From assembly GCA_029762535.1 (NCBI GenBank), contig JARVGK010000008.1, forward strand, positions 32,001 through 96,000: 64,000 bases of DNA, in the 5' to 3' direction. Numbering within the stretch: the first letter of the stretch is position 1; each line of letters begins with the position of its first letter. This DNA comes from Thermoplasmatota archaeon (lineage in GTDB: Archaea; Thermoplasmatota; Penumbrarchaeia; Penumbrarchaeales; Penumbrarchaeaceae). This document shows, in pieces, positions 16,977 through 26,821 of this stretch. The translations under genes and the position numbers were made by a program. Below the pieces are notes generated by a model, which worked only from the letters and a program-made list of their open reading frames with translations, ran no database searches and was not told the DNA's origin.

Positions 16977-19900
16977 TCAATCCCCGGACATCTCATTCAG
17001 GAGGTCCTGAAGCGATTTTTCCCTGTCGGTGGAGACGGTCCTGTCCGAATCTATTGTATCTGACGTGCTTACCTCCTGAATGGTCTCGGAGGCCACAAGG
17101 TTCATCCATGCATCCTCCGATGTCTCATCGACGAGCGTCGGGGCCTCCTGTTGGGCCTTTTCTGCCGGCTCGGTCTCCGAAGGCTGTCCAGATGCAGCGA
17201 TACCGGCCGATGGGACCGATCTTCCCAGTCCCTTCGGCTGAGGCGCCGTCCTCGCCCCGTTCGAACTCGCCATCCCGTACTCGGACTCGAGCTCCGAGAG
17301 CTCGGATTCGATATCGCGATGTTTCTCTTCGGTCTTTCTCTTCACCAGGAAGTAATATAGGCCTCCCAGGACCATCATGATCAGGACGATGACTATGATC
17401 CCGATGATGATATACAAGCCAATGGGGTCCTCCTCAGGCGGGGCGACCTGAACCGGTCTCTGCGTTATCTCAAGAGGGACCGAGACGTTCCTGATTATGC
17501 CCCAGTTCGACTCGAAAGTGAAGTTCAGGGTATAATTGCCTACCGTTGCGTTGGGAAGGATCTCGACATCGAGGTTGATCACCAGCTCCTGCTGGATATC
17601 CAGGCGGTAAATGCCGTTCCTGATCAGGAGCCACTCGTATCTGATGAGGGAACCCATCGGTCCGTCGTGGCCTTCTAGATCAATGATCGGAGTGATGTTC
17701 ATGGGCTTCTGCCCGATGTTCGCGATGTCGAAGGATAGGATCGAAGTTGGGGTCCCCTGCTGCAGTTTAATCCTCTCGACATGGGAGGATACCGTAAAGG
17801 CATAGTTCTCCTCGTTGGAGACGGAGAACGAGAAGACACCGTTCGTGCAGTTTCCGACGAACTTGTTCTGGGCCACGGGGACAACGGTCCAGTAATAGGT
17901 TCCGAAATCCAGACCGATCGGGTCGTATGTAGTCCCCTTGAAGACCTCCGTCCAGAGTGATGAGGACTTGAGCTCGAGGACGTCGAGCTTCCTGTTCGAC
18001 ATGTATATCTTATAGGATACGTCCTCTGGATCGAAGAACGTCACGTTCCATTCCAGTTTAACGTCGTCCGGATCCGCGAAATCCGTTCCGTCAGGCGGCC
18101 ATACCAGGGTCGCGATGGGATATCTCAGCGAGGTGTCGACCAGAATATTATAGACTGTGGATGTGAAGACCGTGCCCGCTCCATCCTGGCATTTGAACTG
18201 AATGAAATTATCATATGTGTCGCTGAGGCCCTTGAGCTCCAGGACGAATTGATAATTGTCCTGGTGGAAGGATGTCCATATGTCCTGAACGTATTTCCAC
18301 GAGGCGATCCCCAGCCATTGAACGGGATCATTTAGCCCATTGTTGCTGAAACGATACATCACCGACTGGGATATTATCGTGGATCCGCCCAGGTCCGTCA
18401 TGTTTATCTCGAAATCGATGGCGGTATAGGGGACGATCTCATCCAGGTCCGGTCTTATCACCGTGAAGGTGGTCGGGTCCATGTCGATCATTATCCGAGC
18501 GCTCTCCGCTGGACCTATGTTGCCGACGAGGTCCTCCGCCCATACGTATATCGTATGCGCTCCCTTGCCTGGAAGCTCAACGACCGCGTCGAGGCCCGAT
18601 TCCACCCGAGTTCCGTTCCTCGTTCCTCCGTTATCTTCGAATGACCAATAGTAGAACAGGACGCCTGAAGCGGTCTCCGGAGCGCTCTGCCAGCTCAGGA
18701 ACACCTCCGTATCGTTGTCGTACCTGGTCCTCTGGTCGTTAAGGTCATCCGCATGCAGTATCACCGTTGGGGGCTTTCCCGGCGGATCCGCATCCGTGGA
18801 AAGACGGAATGAAAGATCGGATGTGTCCGTATCGGGAGGGACCCCGGAAATGTTGATCCTGTACCTGTATTCCGTTTTCGTGGTGTTCGGTGAGACCAGG
18901 GTGATATTGAGGGGCTCCCCGGGCATATGGGAGCTTGTGAACATCTCATCATCCTCGTCCCACAGCGTCAGCATGTAGCTGTCCAATGGCGGATACAGGT
19001 CCGCTCCGACGTAGGCCACAACGGGACCCAAGAAGTTCACCCATTCCCCTGCCCGGATCCAGCTCTGGTTCTGGATCGGCCCCTGGACCTCCGAGCTGAC
19101 AGAAAGAACGCCCCTCAGCTCCAGCTGATTACGAACTGTCAGGAAGTTCCTGACGATCAGCTCATCGGGGGCCACGTCATATCCCATGATCCTCACGGTC
19201 ACGCTGCGGTCGATTATGTTCGGCCTGTTGGTCCAGGTCCAGTTGAACTTGATCCACATGTCCAGGTTCAGGAAGACCCCATCGACGGATACGCTCCGAT
19301 CCACTAGGAAGCCCCTGTTTCCCGGATCATGCTCGACCCAAGTCCCCTGGGTGTGATTGTAAACGACCGAGAATGCACCGTCCCTGTGGTTGAATATGTA
19401 TCTTACCTCGCTGATCTCGGACACATCCTCGACCGCTTTGACCATGGATGTGAAATGGTATGGCTTGAGCATGGAATATGCAACGTTCGCACCTTCCGAA
19501 GGGTCGTCGAAGGAGACCCTCTGTATGGCCAGCCTGTATGGGATGCCGAACCTCCATATCCCATGCCTTCCCGAACCATATATCCAGAGGTCCCTCGTCT
19601 CGGGGATGAATATGGAAGCGTGATTGTCCAGGTCCCCCGGGTGCACCAGATAGTATTCCGGATACCATTTCCCCTCCAGTATCCTGTACTTCGACATGTC
19701 GTTGTTCTGGCTTCCCCCCGTCATGATTATCTCCCTGGTCAGGGGATCGTAGCTCATCTTGGAATACGCCCTGCTCGATGGTTTGAACTGCGCGTCGATC
19801 TCGGTCCAGGTCTGGGTGGAGAAATCGTAGGTCCAGAGGTCGTTCTCCTCCTGGGCGTTGGCCCCTCCTTCTTTAAGGTACCATCCCCCGAAGAGATACA

Positions 19901-21776
19901 GCAGATGGTCGTCCGGCTCGTACATTAGCGCGGCGCCGTAACGCATCCCTGGCGTGGTCCCTGCGGGGTTCAGCTTGCTGAAGGCCGTGCTCGCCGGGTC
20001 GAAGCTGTAGAAATCGTCGTATATTATCCGGTCGGAGGAGGTCGTTGGATGGTAGTAGCCTCCGTAGAAGTATATCTTGCCGTCCTTGGTGTTGAGGACC
20101 ATATCGAAGCCCTGCCTGGGACCGGGACCTGCCGGAGCCCAGACCACAGACCATTCGAACGTATCGAGATCTATCTTCCACATGTCGTCGCGGTTGTAGT
20201 AATACGTGGTCTGGCCCTGTCGCGTGGTGTACCCGCCGCCGTATATGAACACCTCGTTCCTGTCGGGAACGTAGCAGATCCCGGCATTGCTTCTCGATCC
20301 AGGATTGCTCGATCCGCTGTTATAAATCGGACCTTTCCAATCCCTGGTCATCAGGTCGAAATAATAGATATAGCCAGATCCGTTGCCTCCCCATCCCGAT
20401 ACCAGGTTCGGACCGATATAATACAGCCTCTGCTGCACCTCGTTGTGTGCGAAGATGCCCCCGTTCACCGAACTCACAGATGTGTTGAGCGGGAACCGGG
20501 TCCACTCCTTTGTCGTCATGGTCATGTAGTTCATATCCCTGTATCTGTACGGATATGAGTACGGCTCGGAGGAGTACCACCTGCCCTGAAAAACGAAGAA
20601 GAGATCGGCGGCGGATGAATAATGGGTCGTGTAGAACATCCTGCCGCTGGGGCTGTCCCCCGCAGAGAAATGCTTCCATGACCATGACTGCATATCGGCG
20701 TTATATGTCCACAGCGTCCTGTTCATCGTGGTCTGCTGCATGGTCTGGCGGCCGCCCCATATGTTTACAGTGAGATCGGTCCCCGTTCTCCTGAAGAACA
20801 TCTTCGAGCCGTGGAGGACCATGGACTGCATGCTGATGTCCGTTGAGAGCTGGGTCCACTGATCGGACGGGATGTTGTACACCCAGAAATCGTTGAGATA
20901 GACATTATTATCAGTCCCTATCCTGTGTCTCCCTCCGTAGAGGTAGATGTTCTTGTTGACGGTATCTATGCACATGTCGTGATCGTAACGCTCGATGAGG
21001 CCTGAACCGGAGCCGTCGTTCAATGATACCGGGGCCTGCATGGGCTTGCTGATATCGATCTTGTAAAAACCGGTCAGGTTGTCGTAGTCGTTCTGGGCCT
21101 TGCCCATGTGTATATAGAGCATGCCCATATCCCCGTCCATGGGATCGATGACCATGGGCGCCCCGGCCCTCCTTGTGGTGAACACAGAGGATGAGAGCCT
21201 TGTCCAGGCCTCGGTGTCCATGTCGAATACCCAGAGATCGTTGACCATGGACCCGTCCATGTATCCGCCGTAGATGTATATCTTCCCGCGTATCTCGTCC
21301 ACGGCGTAGGATGAAAGGTATCTGCCGCCAGGGCTCGTCGCTTTTTCGACAGATACCCATCTCTGGGTGTTGATGTCGAAGTAGAACATGTCGTTGATCG
21401 TGTTGTGTGTTATCTGACCCCCGAAACCCGTGCTCTGATAGCCGCCGCCGTATGTGTATACCCTTCCCGAGCTCGCGTTATATCCCATAACCCCGGACTC
21501 CCCGGACTGATGATAGCTGAACCTCTCCCACAGCCCCCATGGCTCGCTCCTTACCGCATCGGGAGGCAGCGGGATCCCCATCTCGAGGACCTCCTCTTCT
21601 TTGATAAGGTTGTCCGACATCTCCTCGATCTGAACAATGACATCCACATCGTCGGCCCCTGCGACATCCTGGCTCCCTTCGCTAAGGAGCGGGATCGGCA
21701 GTGCCATGATAAAGGTCAAAAACAGCGCAGCTAACATCTTCCACGAGGGATTGGATGGCCTGAACACGTGCATCAC
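16977..21776 (-). CDS. Large membrane-anchored Kelch-repeat surface protein with Ig/FN3-like stalk
   Basis: Signal peptide; about a dozen Kelch repeats (YxYGG...DxWx(F/Y)D...W); WAEDLVGN and YYWTV Ig-like modules; C-terminal TM and acidic tail. Confidence 0.82.
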   Translation of the reverse strand: MMHVFRPSNPSWKMLAALFLTFIMALPIPLLSEGSQDVAGADDVDVIVQIEEMSDNLIKEEEVLEMGIPLPPDAVRSEPWGLWERFSYHQSGESGVMGYNASSGRVYTYGGGYQSTGFGGQITHNTINDMFYFDINTQRWVSVEKATSPGGRYLSSYAVDEIRGKIYIYGGYMDGSMVNDLWVFDMDTEAWTRLSSSVFTTRRAGAPMVIDPMDGDMGMLYIHMGKAQNDYDNLTGFYKIDISKPMQAPVSLNDGSGSGLIERYDHDMCIDTVNKNIYLYGGRHRIGTDNNVYLNDFWVYNIPSDQWTQLSTDISMQSMVLHGSKMFFRRTGTDLTVNIWGGRQTMQQTTMNRTLWTYNADMQSWSWKHFSAGDSPSGRMFYTTHYSSAADLFFVFQGRWYSSEPYSYPYRYRDMNYMTMTTKEWTRFPLNTSVSSVNGGIFAHNEVQQRLYYIGPNLVSGWGGNGSGYIYYFDLMTRDWKGPIYNSGSSNPGSRSNAGICYVPDRNEVFIYGGGYTTRQGQTTYYYNRDDMWKIDLDTFEWSVVWAPAGPGPRQGFDMVLNTKDGKIYFYGGYYHPTTSSDRIIYDDFYSFDPASTAFSKLNPAGTTPGMRYGAALMYEPDDHLLYLFGGWYLKEGGANAQEENDLWTYDFSTQTWTEIDAQFKPSSRAYSKMSYDPLTREIIMTGGSQNNDMSKYRILEGKWYPEYYLVHPGDLDNHASIFIPETRDLWIYGSGRHGIWRFGIPYRLAIQRVSFDDPSEGANVAYSMLKPYHFTSMVKAVEDVSEISEVRYIFNHRDGAFSVVYNHTQGTWVEHDPGNRGFLVDRSVSVDGVFLNLDMWIKFNWTWTNRPNIIDRSVTVRIMGYDVAPDELIVRNFLTVRNQLELRGVLSVSSEVQGPIQNQSWIRAGEWVNFLGPVVAYVGADLYPPLDSYMLTLWDEDDEMFTSSHMPGEPLNITLVSPNTTKTEYRYRINISGVPPDTDTSDLSFRLSTDADPPGKPPTVILHADDLNDQRTRYDNDTEVFLSWQSAPETASGVLFYYWSFEDNGGTRNGTRVESGLDAVVELPGKGAHTIYVWAEDLVGNIGPAESARIMIDMDPTTFTVIRPDLDEIVPYTAIDFEINMTDLGGSTIISQSVMYRFSNNGLNDPVQWLGIASWKYVQDIWTSFHQDNYQFVLELKGLSDTYDNFIQFKCQDGAGTVFTSTVYNILVDTSLRYPIATLVWPPDGTDFADPDDVKLEWNVTFFDPEDVSYKIYMSNRKLDVLELKSSSLWTEVFKGTTYDPIGLDFGTYYWTVVPVAQNKFVGNCTNGVFSFSVSNEENYAFTVSSHVERIKLQQGTPTSILSFDIANIGQKPMNITPIIDLEGHDGPMGSLIRYEWLLIRNGIYRLDIQQELVINLDVEILPNATVGNYTLNFTFESNWGIIRNVSVPLEITQRPVQVAPPEEDPIGLYIIIGIIVIVLIMMVLGGLYYFLVKRKTEEKHRDIESELSELESEYGMASSNGARTAPQPKGLGRSVPSAGIAASGQPSETEPAEKAQQEAPTLVDETSEDAWMNLVASETIQEVSTSDTIDSDRTVSTDREKSLQDLLNEMSGD

Positions 21777-21859
21777 CCCGTTACCGGGTCCGCGAATGCT
21801 ATCCTATCAAACATCCAGAGGTACCGGCCGGTCATAAGGATGATTCACATCTTCTAATA

Positions 21860-23689
21860 TCAAGGTTTTGATACGCTGTTTTCATGCCCGGTGGCCGGGC
21901 GGACCTTCGTTGAGATAATATGGGCCAGCATTCTTTCGGCCAGATCGGATGGCAGAGAACACCTCCTGGCGACCTCCGCGGGGCCCGCCTCCAATAGAGC
22001 ATCCAGGGAATCGAACTCCCTGGATATGGCAAGGTACCTCTTCTTTCCGATCCCTTGGACCTCCATCAATATGCTCTCATCGATCCTTCGTGTGCTGCGC
22101 TGATAGGTCACCGCGAACCTATGCGCCTCGTCCCTGATGCGCTGGAGCAGTTTCAAGGCGGGGTCGTCCCGCCTCAGGACCAAGGGCAGAGCCGATCCAC
22201 TCCTGTATATCGTTTCCTCCTTTTTCGCCAGCGCTGCGACCGGGATCGTATCCGCCACGCCCACATCGCTCAATGCGTCCAAGGCGGAACCAAGCTGTCC
22301 CTTCCCTCCATCTATCAGGATAAGGTCCGGAAGGGGGTCGCCATGGTCCAGAAGCCTCCGATAACGCCTTGTGACGGCCTCTTTCATGGAGAGATGATCG
22401 TCGTTGACCTCCCTCGATATCCTGAAGCGCCTGTAGCCCGACTTCGCGGGGCGGCCAGATCTGAACTGCGCCATGGCGGCGACGGTGTTCGTCCCTCCGA
22501 GATGCGATATGTCGAAGCACTCTATCACTTGAGGCAACACCTCGAGGTCCAAGGCCTCCTTCAGCCTGACGAGGGAATTGGGGCCCTCCAAAGCCCTGAC
22601 CACGGACCTTGCCTTCTCCTCGGCATTGCTACGAGAGACCGCGAGCAGATGCCTCTGGTCATCTCCTCGGGGCCTCCTTATCCTGACCGGTCTTCCCCTC
22701 TTGGCCGATAGGAACTGCTCCATGTCCTCCCTCCATGACCCCTCGAGGTCCGTTCGGTCCAATACGATCCTTTCCGGAAGCGACCCCGCTATAGAATAAT
22801 ACGATGTCAGAAAATCCTCGGAGGGTCCGCCGATGGGCTCGGACCCCTCCAAGGTGAACTTCACTGCGTCCATCATCCTTCCCCCTCTAACGATCAGAAC
22901 GGAGGCGGCCGTTCTATCTTTGGAGAAGGATATTAGATCGACGTCCGAGGAACCCTGAAGGACGGCCTTCTGTCCCTCTAGCATCCTCTCAAGCCCTTTT
23001 ATGATATCCCTCATCAGTGCAGCCCTCTCGTAGGCTCCCTCCGAGGAGGCTCTCCACATCAGATCGTTCAATTCCCCGAGCAATGACTCGCCCCTGCCGG
23101 AGAGGAACTCACGGATGCCCCTCACGGCCATCGTATAAGCATCTTTATCGACAATGCCCGCGCAGGGTGCGAGACAACGGCCAATGTGGTGCTCCAGGCA
23201 GGGCCTGGATCGCCTGGACATGTCCCTCGAACAGGAGCGTACCGGAAATACCTTCCTCAGCCATCTCATGGACCTCCTCACGGCTAGCGGGTCCCCGTGA
23301 GGTCCGAAATGGTCCCCTGAACCCGGATGCAGTCCCCGAACATGCCTTACAGAGGGGTATTCTTCCCTGGTCACGAGAATATACGGGTAGGACTTGTCGT
23401 CCTTCAACCTGATGTTGTACCTGGGCTGATGCTTCTTGATCAACGTGTCCTCCAGTACCAGCGCCTCCAGCTCGTTCGAGGTCAGTATCCAGTCCACAGT
23501 AAGGGCGTGCTCCCTGAGCATCGCCTCCTTGGGATCGTCCCTGTTCTGAAGATGGGACCTGATCCTCGATCTTATATCGATCGCCTTGCCGACGTAGAGC
23601 ACCGATCCTGAAGCGTCCTTGAACAGATAGACGCCGCATGCTGAGGGCAGAGTAGATGTATCGATGTCCATCCTTTCATCCATAGACAT
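21860..23689 (-). CDS. uvrC: Excinuclease ABC subunit C
   Basis: GIY-YIG (GVYLF..LYVGKA), PRYNIRLKDDKSYPY, Cys cluster, IECFDISH, LIDGGKGQL, RDEAHRFA, HhH tail. Confidence 0.96.
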   Translation of the reverse strand: MSMDERMDIDTSTLPSACGVYLFKDASGSVLYVGKAIDIRSRIRSHLQNRDDPKEAMLREHALTVDWILTSNELEALVLEDTLIKKHQPRYNIRLKDDKSYPYILVTREEYPSVRHVRGLHPGSGDHFGPHGDPLAVRRSMRWLRKVFPVRSCSRDMSRRSRPCLEHHIGRCLAPCAGIVDKDAYTMAVRGIREFLSGRGESLLGELNDLMWRASSEGAYERAALMRDIIKGLERMLEGQKAVLQGSSDVDLISFSKDRTAASVLIVRGGRMMDAVKFTLEGSEPIGGPSEDFLTSYYSIAGSLPERIVLDRTDLEGSWREDMEQFLSAKRGRPVRIRRPRGDDQRHLLAVSRSNAEEKARSVVRALEGPNSLVRLKEALDLEVLPQVIECFDISHLGGTNTVAAMAQFRSGRPAKSGYRRFRISREVNDDHLSMKEAVTRRYRRLLDHGDPLPDLILIDGGKGQLGSALDALSDVGVADTIPVAALAKKEETIYRSGSALPLVLRRDDPALKLLQRIRDEAHRFAVTYQRSTRRIDESILMEVQGIGKKRYLAISREFDSLDALLEAGPAEVARRCSLPSDLAERMLAHIISTKVRPATGHENSVSKP

Positions 23690-23742
23690 ACCAATTATTT
23701 ATCGGATTTGATGGCTTGTATAGAGGAGCCGGGTCCGGGGTT

Positions 23743-26646
23743 TCAGCGTGATCCAGGGGCTGGATGTTTCCTAGGCCTGCCTGGCCCCTTCTTCGCTTTG
23801 ATGGGTTCGGGCGAGAGACCCGACACCTTTGCCAGGTATCTTCCAGTATGGCTTTGCGGATGATAGGCAACTTCCTCCGGGGTGCCCTCGCAGACGATCC
23901 CCCCACCTTCGTCCCCTCCCTCCGGACCCATGTCGATGACCCAGTCGCCGGTCTTTATCACATCCAGATTATGTTCTATGACAACGACCGAATTCCCTTT
24001 GCATCTGAGCCTCAAGAGAACGTCTATGAGCTTTCTCACATCGTCGAAATGCAGCCCGGTGGTGGGCTCGTCGAGGAGGTATATGGTCTTGCCGGTCGCC
24101 CGCTTGGACAGCTCGGTGGACAGTTTCACCCTCTGGGCCTCGCCTCCGGAGAGGGTCGTGGCGCTCTGACCGAGCTTTATATATCCCAATCCTACGTCCA
24201 TCAGGGTCTGGAGCTTGCTCCTTATCGAATTCACGTTGGTGAAGAACTCCAGTCCCTCCTCGACGGACATGTTCAGGACATCCGAGATCGTCCTTCCCTT
24301 GTATCTTATGTCGAGCGTCTCCCGGGTGTACCTCTTCCCCTTGCAGACCTCGCAGGGTATGTAGACGTCGGGGAGGAAGTGCATCTCGAGCTTGATTATG
24401 CCCCCGCCCTCGCAGTTCTCGCACCTTCCCCCCTTCACATTGAAGGAGAACTGTCCCGGTTTGTAACCCCTCGCCCTGGCCAAAGGTGTTCTGGCGAACA
24501 GGTCCCGTATGGGGGTGAAGGCCCCCGTGTATGTCGCAGGGTTGGATCTGGGGGTCCTGCCTATGGGGGACTGGTCTATGACTATGACCTTGTCGAGGTG
24601 TTCCAGTCCGTCTATGCCCTCATGCCTGCCGGGCGATTCCCTGGAGCCGTGCAGGCTGCGCATCAGGGCTTTGTGCAGAATATCAAAGACCAGCGTGGAC
24701 TTTCCCGAACCCGAGACCCCCGTTACACATGTGAGCACGCCGAGGGGGATCCTCACGTCGATCCCTTTGAGATTGTGCTCTGATGCTCCCTTAATAAGAA
24801 TATGCTCGCCATTCCCCTTCGGGCGCTTTGCGGGGACGGGGATGCTCCTGCGGCCGCAGAGGTAGTCCCCTGTAAGCGAGCGCTCCGACGCGCACATGTC
24901 CTCGACCGTTCCCTGAGCGACCACCTCTCCCCCGTGTATTCCGGCTCCCGGACCCAGATCGACCACATGGTCGGCGCTCCTTATCACCTGTTCGTCATGC
25001 TCGACGACTATGATCGTGTTCCCGAGGTCCCGTAGGCGGAAGAGGGTGTCTATTAGCCTCGAATTGTCCCTCTGATGCAGGCCGATGGAGGGCTCGTCAA
25101 GGACGTAGAGGACGCCCATGAGCGCGGACCCGATCTGGGTTGCGAGCTGTATCCTTTGGGCCTCACCGCCCGAGAGGGTCCCCATGGTGCGGTCGAGGGA
25201 TATGTAGTCAAGGCCCACGTCCCTCAGGAAGGCCATTCGGGACCGGACCTCCTTCAATACGTCCTTGGCTATCGAGATATCCTTCTCCGAAAGGGATGCT
25301 TCGAGCTGCTCCAGATAGGGTAGCGCATCCCTTATGGACATCTCCAGCAGCTCGTTGATGTTGAGTTCCCCTACCGTCACCGCCAGGGATGCGGGGTTCA
25401 ATCTCGCCCCGCCGCAGGCGGGGCATGGCTGGGCGCTCATGAACTGCCTGTAGAATTCCCTTGCACCCTCCGACTGGGTCTGCCTGTACCTTCTCTGTAT
25501 TGTGGGGATCACACCCTCGTATCTGCGGTCCATGCTCCACTCGTACTTCGGGGAGGTTATGTGGAGCTTGTAGCTCCTCTCGGTCCCGTAGAGTATGGCC
25601 TCCCTCACCCCCTCGGGAAGGGACTGCCAGGGTGTCGCGACCGAGAATCCCATTTGTTTTCCCAGCCCCTCGAGTATCCTTAGGTTGTAGGAACCGTCCG
25701 GATCGCTCCTGAACAACCCGATGGCTCCCTGCGATATGCTCTTCTTCGGGTCCGTGATGATAAGAGTGGGGTCCACCTCGAGCTTGAAGCCCAATCCAGA
25801 GCATTCCTTGCACGCCCCGAACGGGGAGTTGAAGGAGAACATCCTCGGCTCCAGGGCCGGGATCGAGATCTTGTGTATTGGACACGCCATCCTCTCCGAG
25901 TAGAACGAGTCCGCCCCCTTCCTCCTCCCGGATAGCTCCCTGACGATGAGCGATCCGTCCGAGAGCTGCATGGCCTGATGAACATCGTCCGCCAGCTGAT
26001 CGCGGTGCTCCTCGTCGCATACCAGCTCGTCCACGATGACCTGCACGTCGTGCTTGACGTTCCTGTCAAGTTCCGGAAATGATGAGACGTCGCATTCCTC
26101 ATCGTCGATGATGAGCCTCCTGTAACCGCCCCTTTTCAGCTCGGCGGCCCTGTCCTTGTGGGTTCCTTTCTTTCCGGAAACGATAGGGGACAGGACCGCG
26201 ATCCTCCTATTGCCTCCCTCGAACACGGAATCCAATATCTGATCGATGGACTGCTTCTCGATCTCCCGGCCGCAGACGGGGCAGTGGGGGATCCCTACTC
26301 TGGCATAGAGCAGCCTCAGATGATCGTGTATCTCGGTCGCCGTGGCCACCGTGGACCGGGGATTCCTCGTGGGAGAATGCTGCTCTATCGATATCGCGGG
26401 GGACAGCCCCTCTATCGAATCCACGTCCGGCTTGTCCATAACTCCGAGGAACTGCCTTGCATACGATGAAAGCGATTCTATGAACCTTCTCTGGCCCTCG
26501 GCGTATATGGTATCGAATGCGAGGGAGGATTTTCCCGATCCCGACAGCCCCGTGATGACCACAAGGCGGTCCCTGGGGATCGTGACGTCGATGTTGCGGA
26601 GGTTGTGCTGCCTGGCACCCTTAATTATCAGATCCGAGCTTGCCAT
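23743..26646 (-). CDS. uvrA: Excinuclease ABC subunit A
   Basis: GARQHNL, GLSGSGKSSLAFDTIYAEGQRR, two ABC cassettes with LSGGEAQR, zinc fingers. Confidence 0.98.
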   Translation of the reverse strand: MASSDLIIKGARQHNLRNIDVTIPRDRLVVITGLSGSGKSSLAFDTIYAEGQRRFIESLSSYARQFLGVMDKPDVDSIEGLSPAISIEQHSPTRNPRSTVATATEIHDHLRLLYARVGIPHCPVCGREIEKQSIDQILDSVFEGGNRRIAVLSPIVSGKKGTHKDRAAELKRGGYRRLIIDDEECDVSSFPELDRNVKHDVQVIVDELVCDEEHRDQLADDVHQAMQLSDGSLIVRELSGRRKGADSFYSERMACPIHKISIPALEPRMFSFNSPFGACKECSGLGFKLEVDPTLIITDPKKSISQGAIGLFRSDPDGSYNLRILEGLGKQMGFSVATPWQSLPEGVREAILYGTERSYKLHITSPKYEWSMDRRYEGVIPTIQRRYRQTQSEGAREFYRQFMSAQPCPACGGARLNPASLAVTVGELNINELLEMSIRDALPYLEQLEASLSEKDISIAKDVLKEVRSRMAFLRDVGLDYISLDRTMGTLSGGEAQRIQLATQIGSALMGVLYVLDEPSIGLHQRDNSRLIDTLFRLRDLGNTIIVVEHDEQVIRSADHVVDLGPGAGIHGGEVVAQGTVEDMCASERSLTGDYLCGRRSIPVPAKRPKGNGEHILIKGASEHNLKGIDVRIPLGVLTCVTGVSGSGKSTLVFDILHKALMRSLHGSRESPGRHEGIDGLEHLDKVIVIDQSPIGRTPRSNPATYTGAFTPIRDLFARTPLARARGYKPGQFSFNVKGGRCENCEGGGIIKLEMHFLPDVYIPCEVCKGKRYTRETLDIRYKGRTISDVLNMSVEEGLEFFTNVNSIRSKLQTLMDVGLGYIKLGQSATTLSGGEAQRVKLSTELSKRATGKTIYLLDEPTTGLHFDDVRKLIDVLLRLRCKGNSVVVIEHNLDVIKTGDWVIDMGPEGGDEGGGIVCEGTPEEVAYHPQSHTGRYLAKVSGLSPEPIKAKKGPGRPRKHPAPGSR

Positions 26647-26821
26647 GAACGAATCCTCGCATGAGGAGGCCGTTTATAAATATATTGGGCGGGGCCGGAC
26701 ATATGTGAAAGTGAGAGGGTTCCCGTTTCGGACCACCTTGATCTTCCACGGGTTCGATACAACGATGGACCGAAATTTCTTTATATGCCCCTTGGTGGTT
26801 AACCGAACTTGAGGGATCGAA

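Noticed and set aside
23764-24783. Long antisense ORFs (339 aa here; also 34920-36002, 8385-9266, 1448-2275 and others)
   Set aside because: Shadow frames opposite well-conserved genes, as expected from GC-rich codon bias; no recognisable domains.
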